NCBI GenBank assembly: GCA_948665105.1
Contig: CAPNGW010000002.1
Coordinates: 1-37,723, forward strand
DNA length: 37,723 bases
Source: an uncultured Lachnospiraceae bacterium
GTDB taxonomy: Bacteria > Bacillota > Clostridia > Lachnospirales > Lachnospiraceae
Reading direction: 5' to 3'
The translations under genes were made by a program, and so were the position numbers. Under the pieces are notes generated by a model, which had not been told where the DNA came from, did no database searches, and saw only the letters and a list, made by a program, of their open reading frames with translations. Every line of letters begins with the position of its first letter. Position 1 is the stretch's first letter. This document shows, one piece after another, positions 1 through 9,820 of this stretch.

Positions 1-1
1 G

Positions 2-139
2 GCAGAAGTGGACAAAAAAGCCGGGAAGGTATTGGATTATGTGCCGTGTGACAGCGGTGACGAATCCAGCCTCAAGCTTGTGCTGGGGTGTGGAAGTGCG
101 GGACGGTGTTGTAATCGACCCGTGATAAAAGGATTATAA
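2..139 (+). CDS. 3' end of an unidentified upstream gene (partial, runs off the window start)
   Basis: Frame 2 is open from the window edge to TAA at 137-139, about 36 nt before a strong terminator hairpin. Frame 3 is also open, to TGA at 123-125, so the frame is uncertain. No product is recognisable. Confidence 0.3.
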   Translation, partial: AEVDKKAGKVLDYVPCDSGDESSLKLVLGCGSAGRCCNRPVIKGL

Positions 140-174
140 GATTAACGTGATTACATAACCTAAGAATGAAAAAG

Positions 175-209
175 ACAGCCGGGAATGGATGATTCCCGGC
201 TGTTTTTTT
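175..209 (+). terminator. Rho-independent terminator of the upstream gene
   Basis: Perfect 11-bp stem, ACAGCCGGGAA (175-185) with TTCCCGGCTGT (193-203), around a 7-nt loop. The T-run 203-209 follows. Confidence 0.75.
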
Positions 210-261
210 GATGCTGTACAGCCAGAGATTGTGACAAATGATGGATAAGGGCAAATTAAGG

Positions 262-290
262 TTGAAGTGATTAGGGTTTTAGGTTATAAT
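262..290 (+). promoter_or_regulatory. Sigma-A-like promoter of the polysaccharide operon
   Basis: TTGAAG (262-267), a 17-nt spacer, then TATAAT (285-290). It sits about 55 nt upstream of ATG 345, which has a GGGAGA RBS at 333-338. Confidence 0.45.
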
Positions 291-344
291 TTATCAAAGA
301 AAGTCATTTTATTTTTCACAAAAGTGTAATTTGGGAGAAATCAC

Positions 345-1769
345 ATGAAGAAAAAGAGTTTTGAGGCAGTGAAAAAACTTTATATAAGAACCACGAACTG
401 TCTGCTTACAGTTATCCTGACAGCAATATTTGGGTTTTTCTGGATGACAGAATTAAATGAAATGATGACGCGGGATTTCCTTGGTACAGGAAATTATCTG
501 ATATTAACCTTATATTTTATAATGACAATCTTATTTTTCAGAGCGTTCAATGCATATAAAATAGGCGTTTTAAAGAGCGGAAGCATTGTATTGTCCCAGA
601 TACTGGCACTGATTTGTATCAATGTAATTGCATTGCTGCAAATTGTACTGATGGTGGGAAGAGTGGCCAAGGTATCCGGGATTTTTTTGCAAATACTAAG
701 AGTTTTAGGCTGTGAGATTGTTCTATGTATTTTATTGACCTTCCTGTTAAATAAAATCTATTACTGGCTGTTTCCACCGTACCATATGATTGAGATATAT
801 GGGAATTATAAAAACCAGCTGCACAGTAAAATTGGCTCAAGGGGAGATAAGTATATCATAGGGGAGAGAGTGCATATCTCGGAACCCCTTGAGGATATTG
901 AGGAAAGATTATTAGGATATGATGCCGTACTGCTAAATGACATACCGGCTAAAATGAAAAATAAATTACTTAAATTTTGCTTTGAGAATTCCATCAGGGT
1001 GTATTTTACACCTAAAATATCGGATATTCTTGTAAAGGGAACAGATGAGGTGGACTTATTTGATTCGCCGCTATTTCTATGTAAAAATATCGGGCTGACT
1101 TTTGGTGAGCGAAGTATAAAGCGATGTATGGACATTGTCATATCTGTTTTATTGCTAATCATTAGTTCACCGGTATTTCTGATTATTTCCCTTTTTATCA
1201 AGATATATGACAGGGGCCCTGTATTTTTCCTGCAAGAGCGTTGTACGAAAGGCGGGGAAGTGTTTGTGATGTGCAAATTCCGCAGCATGATAGAGAATGC
1301 GGAGGAGGACGGAAAATCAAGGCCCGCCACAGACAACGACAGCCGGATTACCCCTGTTGGGAAAATAATACGGGCCACAAGGCTTGACGAATTACCCCAG
1401 CTTTTTAATATTTTAAAAGGAGATATGAGCTTTATTGGCCCGCGCCCGGAAAGGGTGGAGCACGTAGAAAAGTATTCAAAACAAATACCCGAGTTTTCAT
1501 ACCGAATGAAAGTAAAAGCGGGGTTGACGGGATATGCCCAGGTATATGGGAAATATAATACCTCGGCATATGATAAACTGAAAATGGACCTGATGTATAT
1601 TGTGAATTATTCCATCGTGATGGACCTTAAAATTTTATTGATGACAATAAAGGTAATATTCATGAAAGAAAGTACAGAAGGGTTTGGGAATAATCAGAAG
1701 GAAGAAATGAACGTAAGAAGTGTGGAGGAATTTGTAGGGAATGAATGCGGTACTGTTAATAGGGAATGA
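345..1769 (+). CDS. Initiating polyprenyl-phosphate glycosyl-phosphotransferase (WbaP/CpsE-type bacterial sugar transferase)
   Basis: N-terminal TM helices plus the C-terminal bacterial sugar transferase signature PVFFLQERCTKGG..FVMCKFRSM...RLDELPQLFNILKGDMSFIGPRPE. First gene after the promoter. Confidence 0.9.
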   Translation: MKKKSFEAVKKLYIRTTNCLLTVILTAIFGFFWMTELNEMMTRDFLGTGNYLILTLYFIMTILFFRAFNAYKIGVLKSGSIVLSQILALICINVIALLQIVLMVGRVAKVSGIFLQILRVLGCEIVLCILLTFLLNKIYYWLFPPYHMIEIYGNYKNQLHSKIGSRGDKYIIGERVHISEPLEDIEERLLGYDAVLLNDIPAKMKNKLLKFCFENSIRVYFTPKISDILVKGTDEVDLFDSPLFLCKNIGLTFGERSIKRCMDIVISVLLLIISSPVFLIISLFIKIYDRGPVFFLQERCTKGGEVFVMCKFRSMIENAEEDGKSRPATDNDSRITPVGKIIRATRLDELPQLFNILKGDMSFIGPRPERVEHVEKYSKQIPEFSYRMKVKAGLTGYAQVYGKYNTSAYDKLKMDLMYIVNYSIVMDLKILLMTIKVIFMKESTEGFGNNQKEEMNVRSVEEFVGNECGTVNRE

Positions 1770-2835
1770 CGATCAGGGGCTCTACAAGTTCAGACGGGAA
1801 TTGATTGTGGAATTGATAAAAAACGGATATAGCGTCGACATCAGTACGCCATATGGCCCTTATATACCCATGCTTGAGGACTGTGGCTGCAATTTCATTC
1901 CCCTGGAATATAATCGGAGAGGCAAAAACCCCCTTGGAGAGCTGAGATTACTGATTAAGTACGGGAAGCTCATAAAGAAGAAATACCGTGTGGTTTTGCT
2001 CTACACGATAAAGCCCACATTATATGGGGGGCTGATATGCCGGTTTCGGAAAATCCCTTACTTTGCCAATGTTACAGGCTTATCACCGGCTCTGTCGGGC
2101 TCCGGCATACTAAGAAGGCTTTGCTTTATGGTATACAGAAGCGCTCTGAAACATGTCAATGTACTATATTTTCAGAATAAGCAAAATTTAGAGGTGTTTC
2201 AAGAGAATCGTGTAACGGGACAAAAGGTAAAGCTGATTCCGGGCTCGGGAGTGAATTTGCAGGAGCATAAATACGAAGAATATACGGAAGGGGAAAGCCT
2301 TAAAATCCTCTATGTGGGCCGAATCACGAAAGTGAAGGGCATGGACGAATGGTTAAAAGCCATATCCATATTAAATGAAAAGCATAAAAACCTGGCATTT
2401 GAATTTATCGGAGAGTGCTTTGAGCCATATAAAGAAGAAATAGAACGCTTACATTCGGAAAAGAAAATTATTTATTATGGAAAGTCGAAAAGTCCACATG
2501 AGTATATGAAGGATGCCCAGGCGGTGATTATGCCTTCCTATGGGGAAGGAATGTCAAATGTTTTGCTGGAAGCGTCGGCCTGCGGACGTCCGATTCTGGC
2601 CTCAGCAGTGCCGGGGTGTAAGGAGATACTGGTGGATGGAGTCACCGGAATTGAATTTCAGCCACATAGTGTGGAGAGCATTTTGGAGGCTGTGGACAGA
2701 TTTTTGTGCCTGAGTCAGGAGCAGCGAAGGCAGATGGGACGAAATGGAAGAGAGCATGTAGAAAAATATTTTTCCAGAGAAATCGTGGTGGGAGAATACA
2801 TGAAAGAAATAAAAAGGATATGTGAGGTAGATTAA
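1741..2835 (+). CDS. Glycosyltransferase family 4 (GT-B)
   Basis: 364-aa ORF with the typical GT4 C-terminal E-x7-E region EGMSNVLLEASACGRPILASAVPGCKEILVDGVTGIEF. It overlaps the upstream gene end. Confidence 0.85.
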   Translation: MNAVLLIGNDDQGLYKFRRELIVELIKNGYSVDISTPYGPYIPMLEDCGCNFIPLEYNRRGKNPLGELRLLIKYGKLIKKKYRVVLLYTIKPTLYGGLICRFRKIPYFANVTGLSPALSGSGILRRLCFMVYRSALKHVNVLYFQNKQNLEVFQENRVTGQKVKLIPGSGVNLQEHKYEEYTEGESLKILYVGRITKVKGMDEWLKAISILNEKHKNLAFEFIGECFEPYKEEIERLHSEKKIIYYGKSKSPHEYMKDAQAVIMPSYGEGMSNVLLEASACGRPILASAVPGCKEILVDGVTGIEFQPHSVESILEAVDRFLCLSQEQRRQMGRNGREHVEKYFSREIVVGEYMKEIKRICEVD

Positions 2836-2836
2836 G

Positions 2837-4147
2837 ATGAACTTGTATAATCAGTTGCTGGAGAAAAAAGAGAAATTAGCAGTGGTTGGTCTGGGATATG
2901 TGGGTATGCCCCTGGCTGTGGCCTTTGCCAGGAAGCTTAACGTTATTGGATTTGACGCCAATGAGCAGAAGGTGGCATTGTACCATAAGGGCATCGACCC
3001 CACCAAGGAAGTGGGGGATGAAGAAATCAAGAAGACCACCATGGTGTTTACCGCGGACCCCTCCAAATTAAAGGAGGCAAAATTCTTTGTGGTGGCTGTT
3101 CCCACACCGGTGAGAGATGACACGGTGCCGGACCTGACACCGGTTGAGTCAGCCACAAGAACCATAGGTAAGCAGCTTACAGAGGGCTCTGTGGTTGTCT
3201 ACGAGAGCACGGTGTATCCCGGCGTTACAGAGGAGGTCTGTGTTCCCATTTTGGAGAGAGAGAGCGGCTTAAAATGCGGTGTTGATTTCAAGGTGGGATA
3301 CTCACCGGAGCGGATTAATCCCTCGGATAAGGAGCACGTGCTCTCCAATATTGTCAAAATCGTATCGGGAATGGACGAAGAAACCCTGGAGGTTGTGGCC
3401 AGCACCTACGAGCTGGTGGCTTTGGCCGGCGTCCATCGGGCCTCCTCCATAAAGGTTGCAGAGGCGGCAAAGGTAATTGAAAACAGCCAGAGGGATATTA
3501 ACATTGCCTTCATGAATGAGCTCTCCATTATTTTCCACAAAATGGATATTGACACAAGAGAGGTACTGGAAGCTGCCGGGACAAAATGGAATTTCTTAAA
3601 ATTCCAGCCGGGATTGGTGGGAGGCCACTGTATCGGCGTGGACCCGTACTATTTGACCCACAAGGCGGCACAGCTGGGGTATCATTCTCAAATTATTCTG
3701 TCCGGGCGCCGGATTAATGATAACATGGGGAAATTTGTTGCGGAAAATATCGTAAAAGGGCTTATCAAGCAGGACAAGACCATTAAGAATTCCAGGGTGG
3801 CTATATTGGGCTTCACTTTTAAGGAGAATTGCCAGGACACCAGAAATACAAAGGTCATCGATATTGTCCATGAGCTTAAGGAGTATGGCATCCAGGTACA
3901 GGTGGTGGATGACGTAGCTGACGCGGAGGAAGCAAAGAGCCTGTATGATGTGGACATTGTCAAGCTCAAGGATATGGGACAGGCGGATGCCATTGCAGTG
4001 TGTGTACAGCATGATGTGTTCCGGGGGCTTAACAGAGAGTGGTTCGATAAGCATTACTGTGATACACAGAAGCTGTTATTTGACTTAAAGGGAATGTATG
4101 ATAAGGATAGCTTCCGGAAGGCGGGCTATTACTATTGGAGGTTTTAG
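2837..4147 (+). CDS. UDP-N-acetyl-hexosamine 6-dehydrogenase (TviB/WbpO-like nucleotide-sugar dehydrogenase)
   Basis: Rossmann motif VVGLGYVGMPLAVAF, then YESTVYPGVTEE, GYSPERINP, KVAEAAKVIENSQRD, GLVGGHCIGVDPYYL and GFTFKENCQDTRNT. It aligns along its length with my memory of Vi-antigen TviB. Confidence 0.9.
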   Translation: MNLYNQLLEKKEKLAVVGLGYVGMPLAVAFARKLNVIGFDANEQKVALYHKGIDPTKEVGDEEIKKTTMVFTADPSKLKEAKFFVVAVPTPVRDDTVPDLTPVESATRTIGKQLTEGSVVVYESTVYPGVTEEVCVPILERESGLKCGVDFKVGYSPERINPSDKEHVLSNIVKIVSGMDEETLEVVASTYELVALAGVHRASSIKVAEAAKVIENSQRDINIAFMNELSIIFHKMDIDTREVLEAAGTKWNFLKFQPGLVGGHCIGVDPYYLTHKAAQLGYHSQIILSGRRINDNMGKFVAENIVKGLIKQDKTIKNSRVAILGFTFKENCQDTRNTKVIDIVHELKEYGIQVQVVDDVADAEEAKSLYDVDIVKLKDMGQADAIAVCVQHDVFRGLNREWFDKHYCDTQKLLFDLKGMYDKDSFRKAGYYYWRF

Positions 4148-4148
4148 G

Positions 4149-4904
4149 ATGTTTACAAAAGAGGATTGCTGCTATAGCAACTATCGAAGGATTCTTGGGG
4201 ATATCAAGGAGACAGGAGTATACTGTGACTATGCGGATGTGCTTTCTGAGAAACGGGAAAAATATCTTGTCTTGAGACATGATATAGAATTTTCCATTGA
4301 CAGAGCCTATGAATTGTCCAAAATTGAATCGGAGGAAGGGATTAAAAGCTCCTATTTTGTTCAGATAACGAACAATGCGTATAACGCTTTTTCCGAGAAA
4401 AATATCAGGATGATACGGGACATGAGCCGGAGGGGGCACCATATCGGCCTTCACTATCATCGCAGTGACGTGGAGGGGCTTGAGGCGTTAAAGGCAGAAA
4501 TAACATACCAGGGGGGGGTATTTTCTGCAATGACCGGTGTGCCTGTGGACCGGTTTTCCTTCCACAGGCCTCTTAGAGAGCATCTGGAGGCGGATATTGA
4601 GCTTCCGGGACTCATCAACACCTATGGTCATCAATTCTTTGTGCTGACGGATGACACGGACAAGCCACTGGAAGTGAAGTATATTGCGGACTCCAACCAT
4701 CAGTGGAAGTATGGGCTTGCCACAAAAGAATATTTCTCCCACTATAATAAAATTCAATTATTGATACACCCGCTGTCCTGGTCTCCGGATGGGGCAGAGC
4801 ACGTTGAGAATTTCCAGGCTATTGTGAAGGAAAAGCATGACGAGCTGGTGGAAACCATTGAAGGGGAATGGAAGATTTTTGATGAGCTTCGGGGGAAATT
4901 ATGA
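4149..4904 (+). CDS. Hypothetical protein, possibly a divergent polysaccharide deacetylase-like enzyme
   Basis: ATG 4149 lies 7 nt after the GGAGG RBS and just after the upstream stop; the tracked 4098 start lies inside the upstream gene. Motifs LVLRHDIEFS, HHIGLHYHR and FSFHRP loosely resemble metal-binding deacetylase blocks. The function is weakly supported. Confidence 0.55.
   Translation: MFTKEDCCYSNYRRILGDIKETGVYCDYADVLSEKREKYLVLRHDIEFSIDRAYELSKIESEEGIKSSYFVQITNNAYNAFSEKNIRMIRDMSRRGHHIGLHYHRSDVEGLEALKAEITYQGGVFSAMTGVPVDRFSFHRPLREHLEADIELPGLINTYGHQFFVLTDDTDKPLEVKYIADSNHQWKYGLATKEYFSHYNKIQLLIHPLSWSPDGAEHVENFQAIVKEKHDELVETIEGEWKIFDELRGKL
4511..4518 (+). repeat. Poly-G tract (G8), in frame within CDS 4149-4904
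   Basis: Directly counted: cag ggg ggg gta encodes Q-G-G-V. Confidence 0.95.
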
Positions 4905-5803
4905 TGAGAATAGAAGAAATTTTAAGATTTTTGGATGAGAGACAGATAGAATACTCCTTTCAGGGAGATGAGAGCGTTGAGGTGGAGGGATATTCATCTC
5001 TGAAGAACTATAAGAAGAATACCTTTACTTGGGCAAAGAATGAGAAAGCATATGAGTTTGGATTTCAGGGGAAGCTGTTGGTAATTGCCCAGGAGGGGCT
5101 TATGGTGGATGCTGAAAATGTGATTTATACAAGGGAGTCAAAGCTGGCCTTCTTTTCCCTGATAGAGTATGTGGCGATGCAGGCGTCAGGAGACAGTGAC
5201 TCCAAAGAGTGCGTTGGGACAGGTACGGTCATAGGGCCTGACGTGAAGCTTGGAAAGAATGTAAGAATCGGCGCCAACTGTGTGCTTCAGGGAAAGATTA
5301 CCGTGGGTGATAATACCAGAATCTGGCACAATGTGACAATTCTCAATCAAGTAAGCATTGGGAAGGACTGTGAGATACAATCCGGCTGTGTCATTGGCCA
5401 TGACGGCTTTGCCTGGAATGAAAATGAGGCACATGAGAAGACCATGATTAAGCATTTTGGCGGAATTGAGATAGAGGATGAGGTGTATATCGGACCCAAC
5501 TGTGTGATTGACAGAGGGGAGATTGACAATACCCTCATTGGTACCGGAGCTAAAATTGATGCCAACTGCTTTTTAGCTCACAATGTAATAGTTGGCAGGA
5601 ATGTGCTTCTGATTACAGGCTGTAAGCTGTATGGCTCCTCTGATATCGGAGATAATGCTTATATTGCATCTGCTACAGTGAGGAATCAGTGCAAGGTGGG
5701 AGCCGGCGCCTTTGTGGGAATCGGTTCTGTTGCCATTAAGGATGTGCCGGAGCACGTGGTTGTGACAGGTGTGCCGGCCAGAATCATGAAAAAAGGAGAA
5801 TGA
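4901..5803 (+). CDS. LpxD-like hexapeptide-repeat (left-handed beta-helix) N-acyltransferase
   Basis: LpxD-like N-terminal domain (MMRIEEILRFLDERQIEYSFQGDESVEVEGYSSL) followed by many [LIV]-G-x4 hexapeptide turns (IGANCVLQGKITVGDNTRIWHNVTI...). ATGA overlap with the upstream gene. Confidence 0.8.
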   Translation: MMRIEEILRFLDERQIEYSFQGDESVEVEGYSSLKNYKKNTFTWAKNEKAYEFGFQGKLLVIAQEGLMVDAENVIYTRESKLAFFSLIEYVAMQASGDSDSKECVGTGTVIGPDVKLGKNVRIGANCVLQGKITVGDNTRIWHNVTILNQVSIGKDCEIQSGCVIGHDGFAWNENEAHEKTMIKHFGGIEIEDEVYIGPNCVIDRGEIDNTLIGTGAKIDANCFLAHNVIVGRNVLLITGCKLYGSSDIGDNAYIASATVRNQCKVGAGAFVGIGSVAIKDVPEHVVVTGVPARIMKKGE

Positions 5804-5804
5804 T

Positions 5805-6779
5805 ATGTCATACAAGGAATTGAAATTTCCGGAAAAGTCCGTATTTTTAGTGACAGGAGGGGCAGGCTTTATCGGCTCCAATCTGTGTGAAGCCATTTTG
5901 GAGATGGGCTATCAGGTGAGATGTTTGGATAACATGTCCACAGGGAAGCAGGAGAATGTGGATTTGTTCCTGGAAAACCCAGACTACACGTTTATTAAGG
6001 GAGATATTACCAGCCTTGACACCTGTCTTGAGGCCTGCAAGGGAGTGGATTATGTTCTGAATCAGGCTGCCTGGGGAAGTGTGCCAAGAAGTATTGAAAT
6101 GCCCCTATTCTATGAAGAGGTGAACATCAGAGGAACACTGAATATGATGGAGGCAGCCAGACAAAACGGCATAAAGAAATTTGTCTATGCATCCAGCTCC
6201 TCCGTATATGGAGACCATCCGGTGCTGCCCAAAAGGGAAGGCCAGGAGGGAAATCTCCTCTCACCCTATGCCCTGACAAAGCGTGTGGATGAGGAATACG
6301 GGAAGTTATATTACAAATTATACGGACTGGATACCTATGGCCTTCGGTATTTTAATGTTTTCGGAAAGCGGCAGGACCCCAACGGGGCATATGCGGCTGT
6401 GATTCCCAAGTTTTTAAAAATGCTGATGAATGACGAGGCCCCCACCATCAACGGAGACGGAAAGCAGTCCAGGGATTTCACCTTTATTGAGAACGTGGTG
6501 GAGGCAAACCTTAAGGCCTGCCTGGCCTCCCATGAAGCAGGGGGACAGGCCTTCAATATCGCATACGGCGGACGGGAGTATCTCATTGACCTGTACGATA
6601 CCATGTGTAAGAAGCTGGGGAAGGAGATAGCGCCTGTATTTGGGCCTGACCGGGCAGGGGATATCAAGCACTCCAATGCAGATATTACCAAGGCCAGAGA
6701 GCTGTTAAACTATGACCCCCAGTACAATTTTGATAAGGGCCTGGATATGGCCATTGAGTGGTACAAGGAGAATTTATAG
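5805..6779 (+). CDS. SDR-family UDP-N-acetylhexosamine(uronate) 4-epimerase (TviC/WbpP-like)
   Basis: VTGGAGFIGSNL Rossmann motif, SPYALTK catalytic YxxxK, and LRYFNVFGKRQDPNGAYAAVIPKF...INGDGKQSRDFTFIENVV. It aligns closely with TviC/WbpP as I remember them. Confidence 0.85.
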   Translation: MSYKELKFPEKSVFLVTGGAGFIGSNLCEAILEMGYQVRCLDNMSTGKQENVDLFLENPDYTFIKGDITSLDTCLEACKGVDYVLNQAAWGSVPRSIEMPLFYEEVNIRGTLNMMEAARQNGIKKFVYASSSSVYGDHPVLPKREGQEGNLLSPYALTKRVDEEYGKLYYKLYGLDTYGLRYFNVFGKRQDPNGAYAAVIPKFLKMLMNDEAPTINGDGKQSRDFTFIENVVEANLKACLASHEAGGQAFNIAYGGREYLIDLYDTMCKKLGKEIAPVFGPDRAGDIKHSNADITKARELLNYDPQYNFDKGLDMAIEWYKENL

Positions 6780-6782
6780 CAG

Positions 6783-7961
6783 ATGCATATACTATATCTG
6801 GGATATTTTTGCAAGGAAGCGACCTTCAATGCGCTGGTGGAGCATGGCAGCAATGGCTCCCATGCCAGACAGCAGCTGGAAAAGAAGCTTTTGGACGGAC
6901 TTATCGAGGCCAGGGGTGGGGATACCATCGATATAATCTCTTATCTGCCAGAAATAGAAGAGGTACACAAAAGTGCGGGAGAAGGAGAGGTATACCAGGG
7001 ATTACAAATCACGTATCTGTGGTGTAAGAAAAATAAGATTGGCTCCGTGCTTTCCTCACTGAAAAAAAATATGCGGCTCATAAAAGCCTGGGCAAAGGGA
7101 AAGGAAGAAAAGGTGATACTGACCTATTCGGTGAATCCCCTCCATGTGATTCCTGCACTGCTGCTTCGCCGGAAATGCGGGTTTAAAGTGGTAACCCTGT
7201 GCTCGGAGGTGAGTGTGTACCGGAGAAAGGGGAGGTTCCACCTGGCGGGGCAAATCAGCAGGAAAATCTCCTCCTGTCTGGACAACAGCTTTGACGGATA
7301 CATCCTCCTTTCCAAATACATGAATGAAATCGTCAATCAAAGGAAGCAGCCTTACATGGTAATGGAAGGAGTCGCCCAGGAGTATCCCCGGACGGAGAAA
7401 ATGAAAAAGACCCTGGCCGTTATGTATGCAGGGGGCTTAACCCAGGACAATGGAATAGAGATTTTGCTGGAAGGCTTCTGTAAGCTGGCACATCCCAAGG
7501 CGGAGTTGTGGATTTGCGGGGACGGTCCCTTAAAGGAGTGTGTGGAAGGGTATGCACAGAAGCATGAAAACATACACTATTATGGGATTTGGCCAAACGA
7601 TGAGGTACAGAGGATGGAGCAGGAGGCCGCAGTGCTGATTGCGCCGAGATTTTCAAAGAACGATTTTACCAAATACTCCTTTCCTTCCAAAACCATTGAA
7701 TATATGACTTCGGGAACACCTGCAATCCTTACACGGCTCAAAGGGATACCGGAAGAATATTTTGATTATGCCTACATCCTGGAGGATGAGACGGCGGAGG
7801 GAATCTGCAACCTGCTTGGAGAGGTGCTTGCAGAAGACGGGAGGGTCAGAGAAGAGAAAGGCCAAAAGGCCAGGGCATTTGTATTGACACATAAGAATTA
7901 TCTGGAACAGAGCAAGAGGATTCTTGCGTTTTTGCGAAACATGGGAAGGAGCGGGAGCTAG
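6783..7961 (+). CDS. Glycosyltransferase (GT4/GT1-like, GT-B fold)
   Basis: 392-aa ORF. The C-terminal region [36 protein letters not shown] is typical of retaining GT-B enzymes. Confidence 0.75.
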   Translation: MHILYLGYFCKEATFNALVEHGSNGSHARQQLEKKLLDGLIEARGGDTIDIISYLPEIEEVHKSAGEGEVYQGLQITYLWCKKNKIGSVLSSLKKNMRLIKAWAKGKEEKVILTYSVNPLHVIPALLLRRKCGFKVVTLCSEVSVYRRKGRFHLAGQISRKISSCLDNSFDGYILLSKYMNEIVNQRKQPYMVMEGVAQEYPRTEKMKKTLAVMYAGGLTQDNGIEILLEGFCKLAHPKAELWICGDGPLKECVEGYAQKHENIHYYGIWPNDEVQRMEQEAAVLIAPRFSKNDFTKYSFPSKTIEYMTSGTPAILTRLKGIPEEYFDYAYILEDETAEGICNLLGEVLAEDGRVREEKGQKARAFVLTHKNYLEQSKRILAFLRNMGRSGS

Positions 7962-7962
7962 A

Positions 7963-8493
7963 ATGATCCGAAAGCTGTTTGTGACAGTATATCATACAAT
8001 ATATGCCAGATTGAATCACGTAAAATATGTCAGGCATATTGGCGTGAATATAAAAGGGAAATTGTATATATATGGAAATCCCCTTCACATGTTCGGCACA
8101 GAGCCCTGGTGTATCACCCTGGGCGACAATGTTCACATTACCCAGGAGGTTCTTTTTGTTACCCATGACGGAGGCACCCTGCTGTTTCGGAACCGCCAGC
8201 CTGACTTGGAAATTACAAAGCCCATTGTGGTGGGAGATAATGTGTATATCGGTGTGCGGAGTATTATCATGCCGGGAGTTACCATTGGAAATGATGTAAT
8301 TGTAGCAGCGGGCTCGGTGGTCACCAAGGATGTCCCGGATCATTCGGTGGTGGGGGGGATACCGGCACGGGTGATTAAAACCAGTGACGAATATTTTGAA
8401 AAAATCAAAAAAGAGAGTCTCCACCTGGGCCATCTGAAAGGGAAAGAGAAGGATTTGGCATTACGTAAGTATTATGGATATCCTCTGAAGTGA
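7963..8493 (+). CDS. Hexapeptide-repeat O-acetyltransferase (WcaF/maltose acetyltransferase-like)
   Basis: ATG 7963 lies directly after the upstream stop; the tracked 7924 start overlaps the upstream gene. Hexapeptide turns [50 protein letters not shown]. It also contains a G7 run at 8352-8358. Confidence 0.85.
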   Translation: MIRKLFVTVYHTIYARLNHVKYVRHIGVNIKGKLYIYGNPLHMFGTEPWCITLGDNVHITQEVLFVTHDGGTLLFRNRQPDLEITKPIVVGDNVYIGVRSIIMPGVTIGNDVIVAAGSVVTKDVPDHSVVGGIPARVIKTSDEYFEKIKKESLHLGHLKGKEKDLALRKYYGYPLK

Positions 8494-8551
8494 TGAGAGG
8501 GACTTCTTGGGGGAATGGGAGAACAGTAGTGGAAGGATGAGGAATTAGCAA

Positions 8552-9820
8552 ATGAAAGTTATGTGGATTACAGGGATTTCTATTTCTGCCGATACATTTT
8601 GCGATGATTTAAAAGAGATGAATACGTCGGGCGGGTGGATTCATGCGACGCTTAAGGCCATGAAAAATAAGCCGGAGATAGATAAGCTTTCCATTGTGTC
8701 TGTACATCCTTCCCATACAGGTGAGAGAAAGGAACAGGGGAAGATTGTTTCCTATCAGCTTAAGGGAAGTGCATATGGCCTTTTCAAGCAGAGAGAATTG
8801 CTATATAATATAAAGAATGCTATTATTGCCGAAAAGCCGGATGTAATCGATGTACAGGGAATCGAGTTTGATTTTGCGGGAATGCTTTGTGAACAGAAGG
8901 ATATCCCCTGCCCGGTGGTTTATACCCTGCAGGGACTGGTATCCGAAATGGGCGAGGCCCTTAAGAGTGTGAAAGGCTCCCGGCGCCTTATGGTGAAGCG
9001 GAGCCTCTATGACAATCTGAGGCTGCACGGAGCCCTGGAGCACATGTGCGTACTCTCCATAAGAGGAAGACGCAGTGTCAGATTGTTAAAGAAAGCTGCA
9101 TATGTGACCGGCAGGACCGCCTGGGACAGGCAGGTGGCTCTTAACTATAACCCGAGGCTTCAGTATTTCTCTGTGAATCGAAATCTTCGCCCGGACTTTT
9201 ACGAAGCAGGCAGTTGGAGGATAGAAGGGGTTCAGAGGCATTCCATTTTTGTCCCCCAGGTTACAACCTTAGCGAAAGGTGGACATATCCTCCTTGATAT
9301 TATCAGCATTTTAATTGAGAAGTACCCAGACCTCCTTGTGTTCGCCCCGGGAGAGGCCATTGATCAAAAGCCCGGGAACCGTCAGAGTGGGTATGAAAAA
9401 TATTTGCTGAAGCAAATCAGAAACCGGAAGCTGCATAATAATATTCAATTTGTGGGAAGACTGGCATCGGGACAGATGGTGGAATATCTGACGAAATCCC
9501 ACGTATTTTTACAGACCTCCTTGCTGGAAAATTCCTCCAATGCCCTGGCGGAGGCCCAGATGACAGGCCTTCCCTGTGTGGCCAGCAACGTGGGAGGGAC
9601 CGCCTCTTACGTGGAGAACGGCGTTACCGGTATGCTGTATAATCCCAATGATGCCAGGGAAGCCGCAGAGGCCATCGGACAGATATTTGAGGATGATGAG
9701 ATGGCACGAAGGATTTCAAGGCAGGGACAGGAAGAGGCCCAAAGGCGGCACGACAGGAAGAGGAATCTAGAAGCATTGATACAGATGTATACAAAAATTA
9801 TTTCTGGAGGAAGAGAATGA
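8552..9820 (+). CDS. Glycosyltransferase family 4
   Basis: 422-aa ORF with the GT4 motif NSSNALAEAQMTGLPCVASNVGGTASYVENGVTGMLY. Confidence 0.85.
   Translation: MKVMWITGISISADTFCDDLKEMNTSGGWIHATLKAMKNKPEIDKLSIVSVHPSHTGERKEQGKIVSYQLKGSAYGLFKQRELLYNIKNAIIAEKPDVIDVQGIEFDFAGMLCEQKDIPCPVVYTLQGLVSEMGEALKSVKGSRRLMVKRSLYDNLRLHGALEHMCVLSIRGRRSVRLLKKAAYVTGRTAWDRQVALNYNPRLQYFSVNRNLRPDFYEAGSWRIEGVQRHSIFVPQVTTLAKGGHILLDIISILIEKYPDLLVFAPGEAIDQKPGNRQSGYEKYLLKQIRNRKLHNNIQFVGRLASGQMVEYLTKSHVFLQTSLLENSSNALAEAQMTGLPCVASNVGGTASYVENGVTGMLYNPNDAREAAEAIGQIFEDDEMARRISRQGQEEAQRRHDRKRNLEALIQMYTKIISGGRE

Noticed and set aside
806-1378. 190-aa minus-strand ORF. Similar long antisense ORFs occur at 7846-8433, 9607-10119, 12746-13144, 19845-20345, 21610-22041, 24154-24639, 32107-32604 and 36572-37180.
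   Set aside because: Each lies entirely antisense to a + strand gene with strong family motifs. Their translations are low-complexity or Ser/Pro/Arg-rich with no recognisable domains and no RBS or promoter context. They are typical shadow ORFs.
4098-4148. Upstream-extended start codons offered by the ORF track: 4098, 7924, 13495, 21873 (GTG), 29423 and 34743 (TTG).
   Set aside because: These extensions overlap the preceding gene or lack an RBS. In each case a downstream ATG has a better-spaced Shine-Dalgarno site, or an ATGA/TGATG coupling overlap, or both. Starts were reassigned to 4149, 7963, 13570, 21888, 29444 and 34749.
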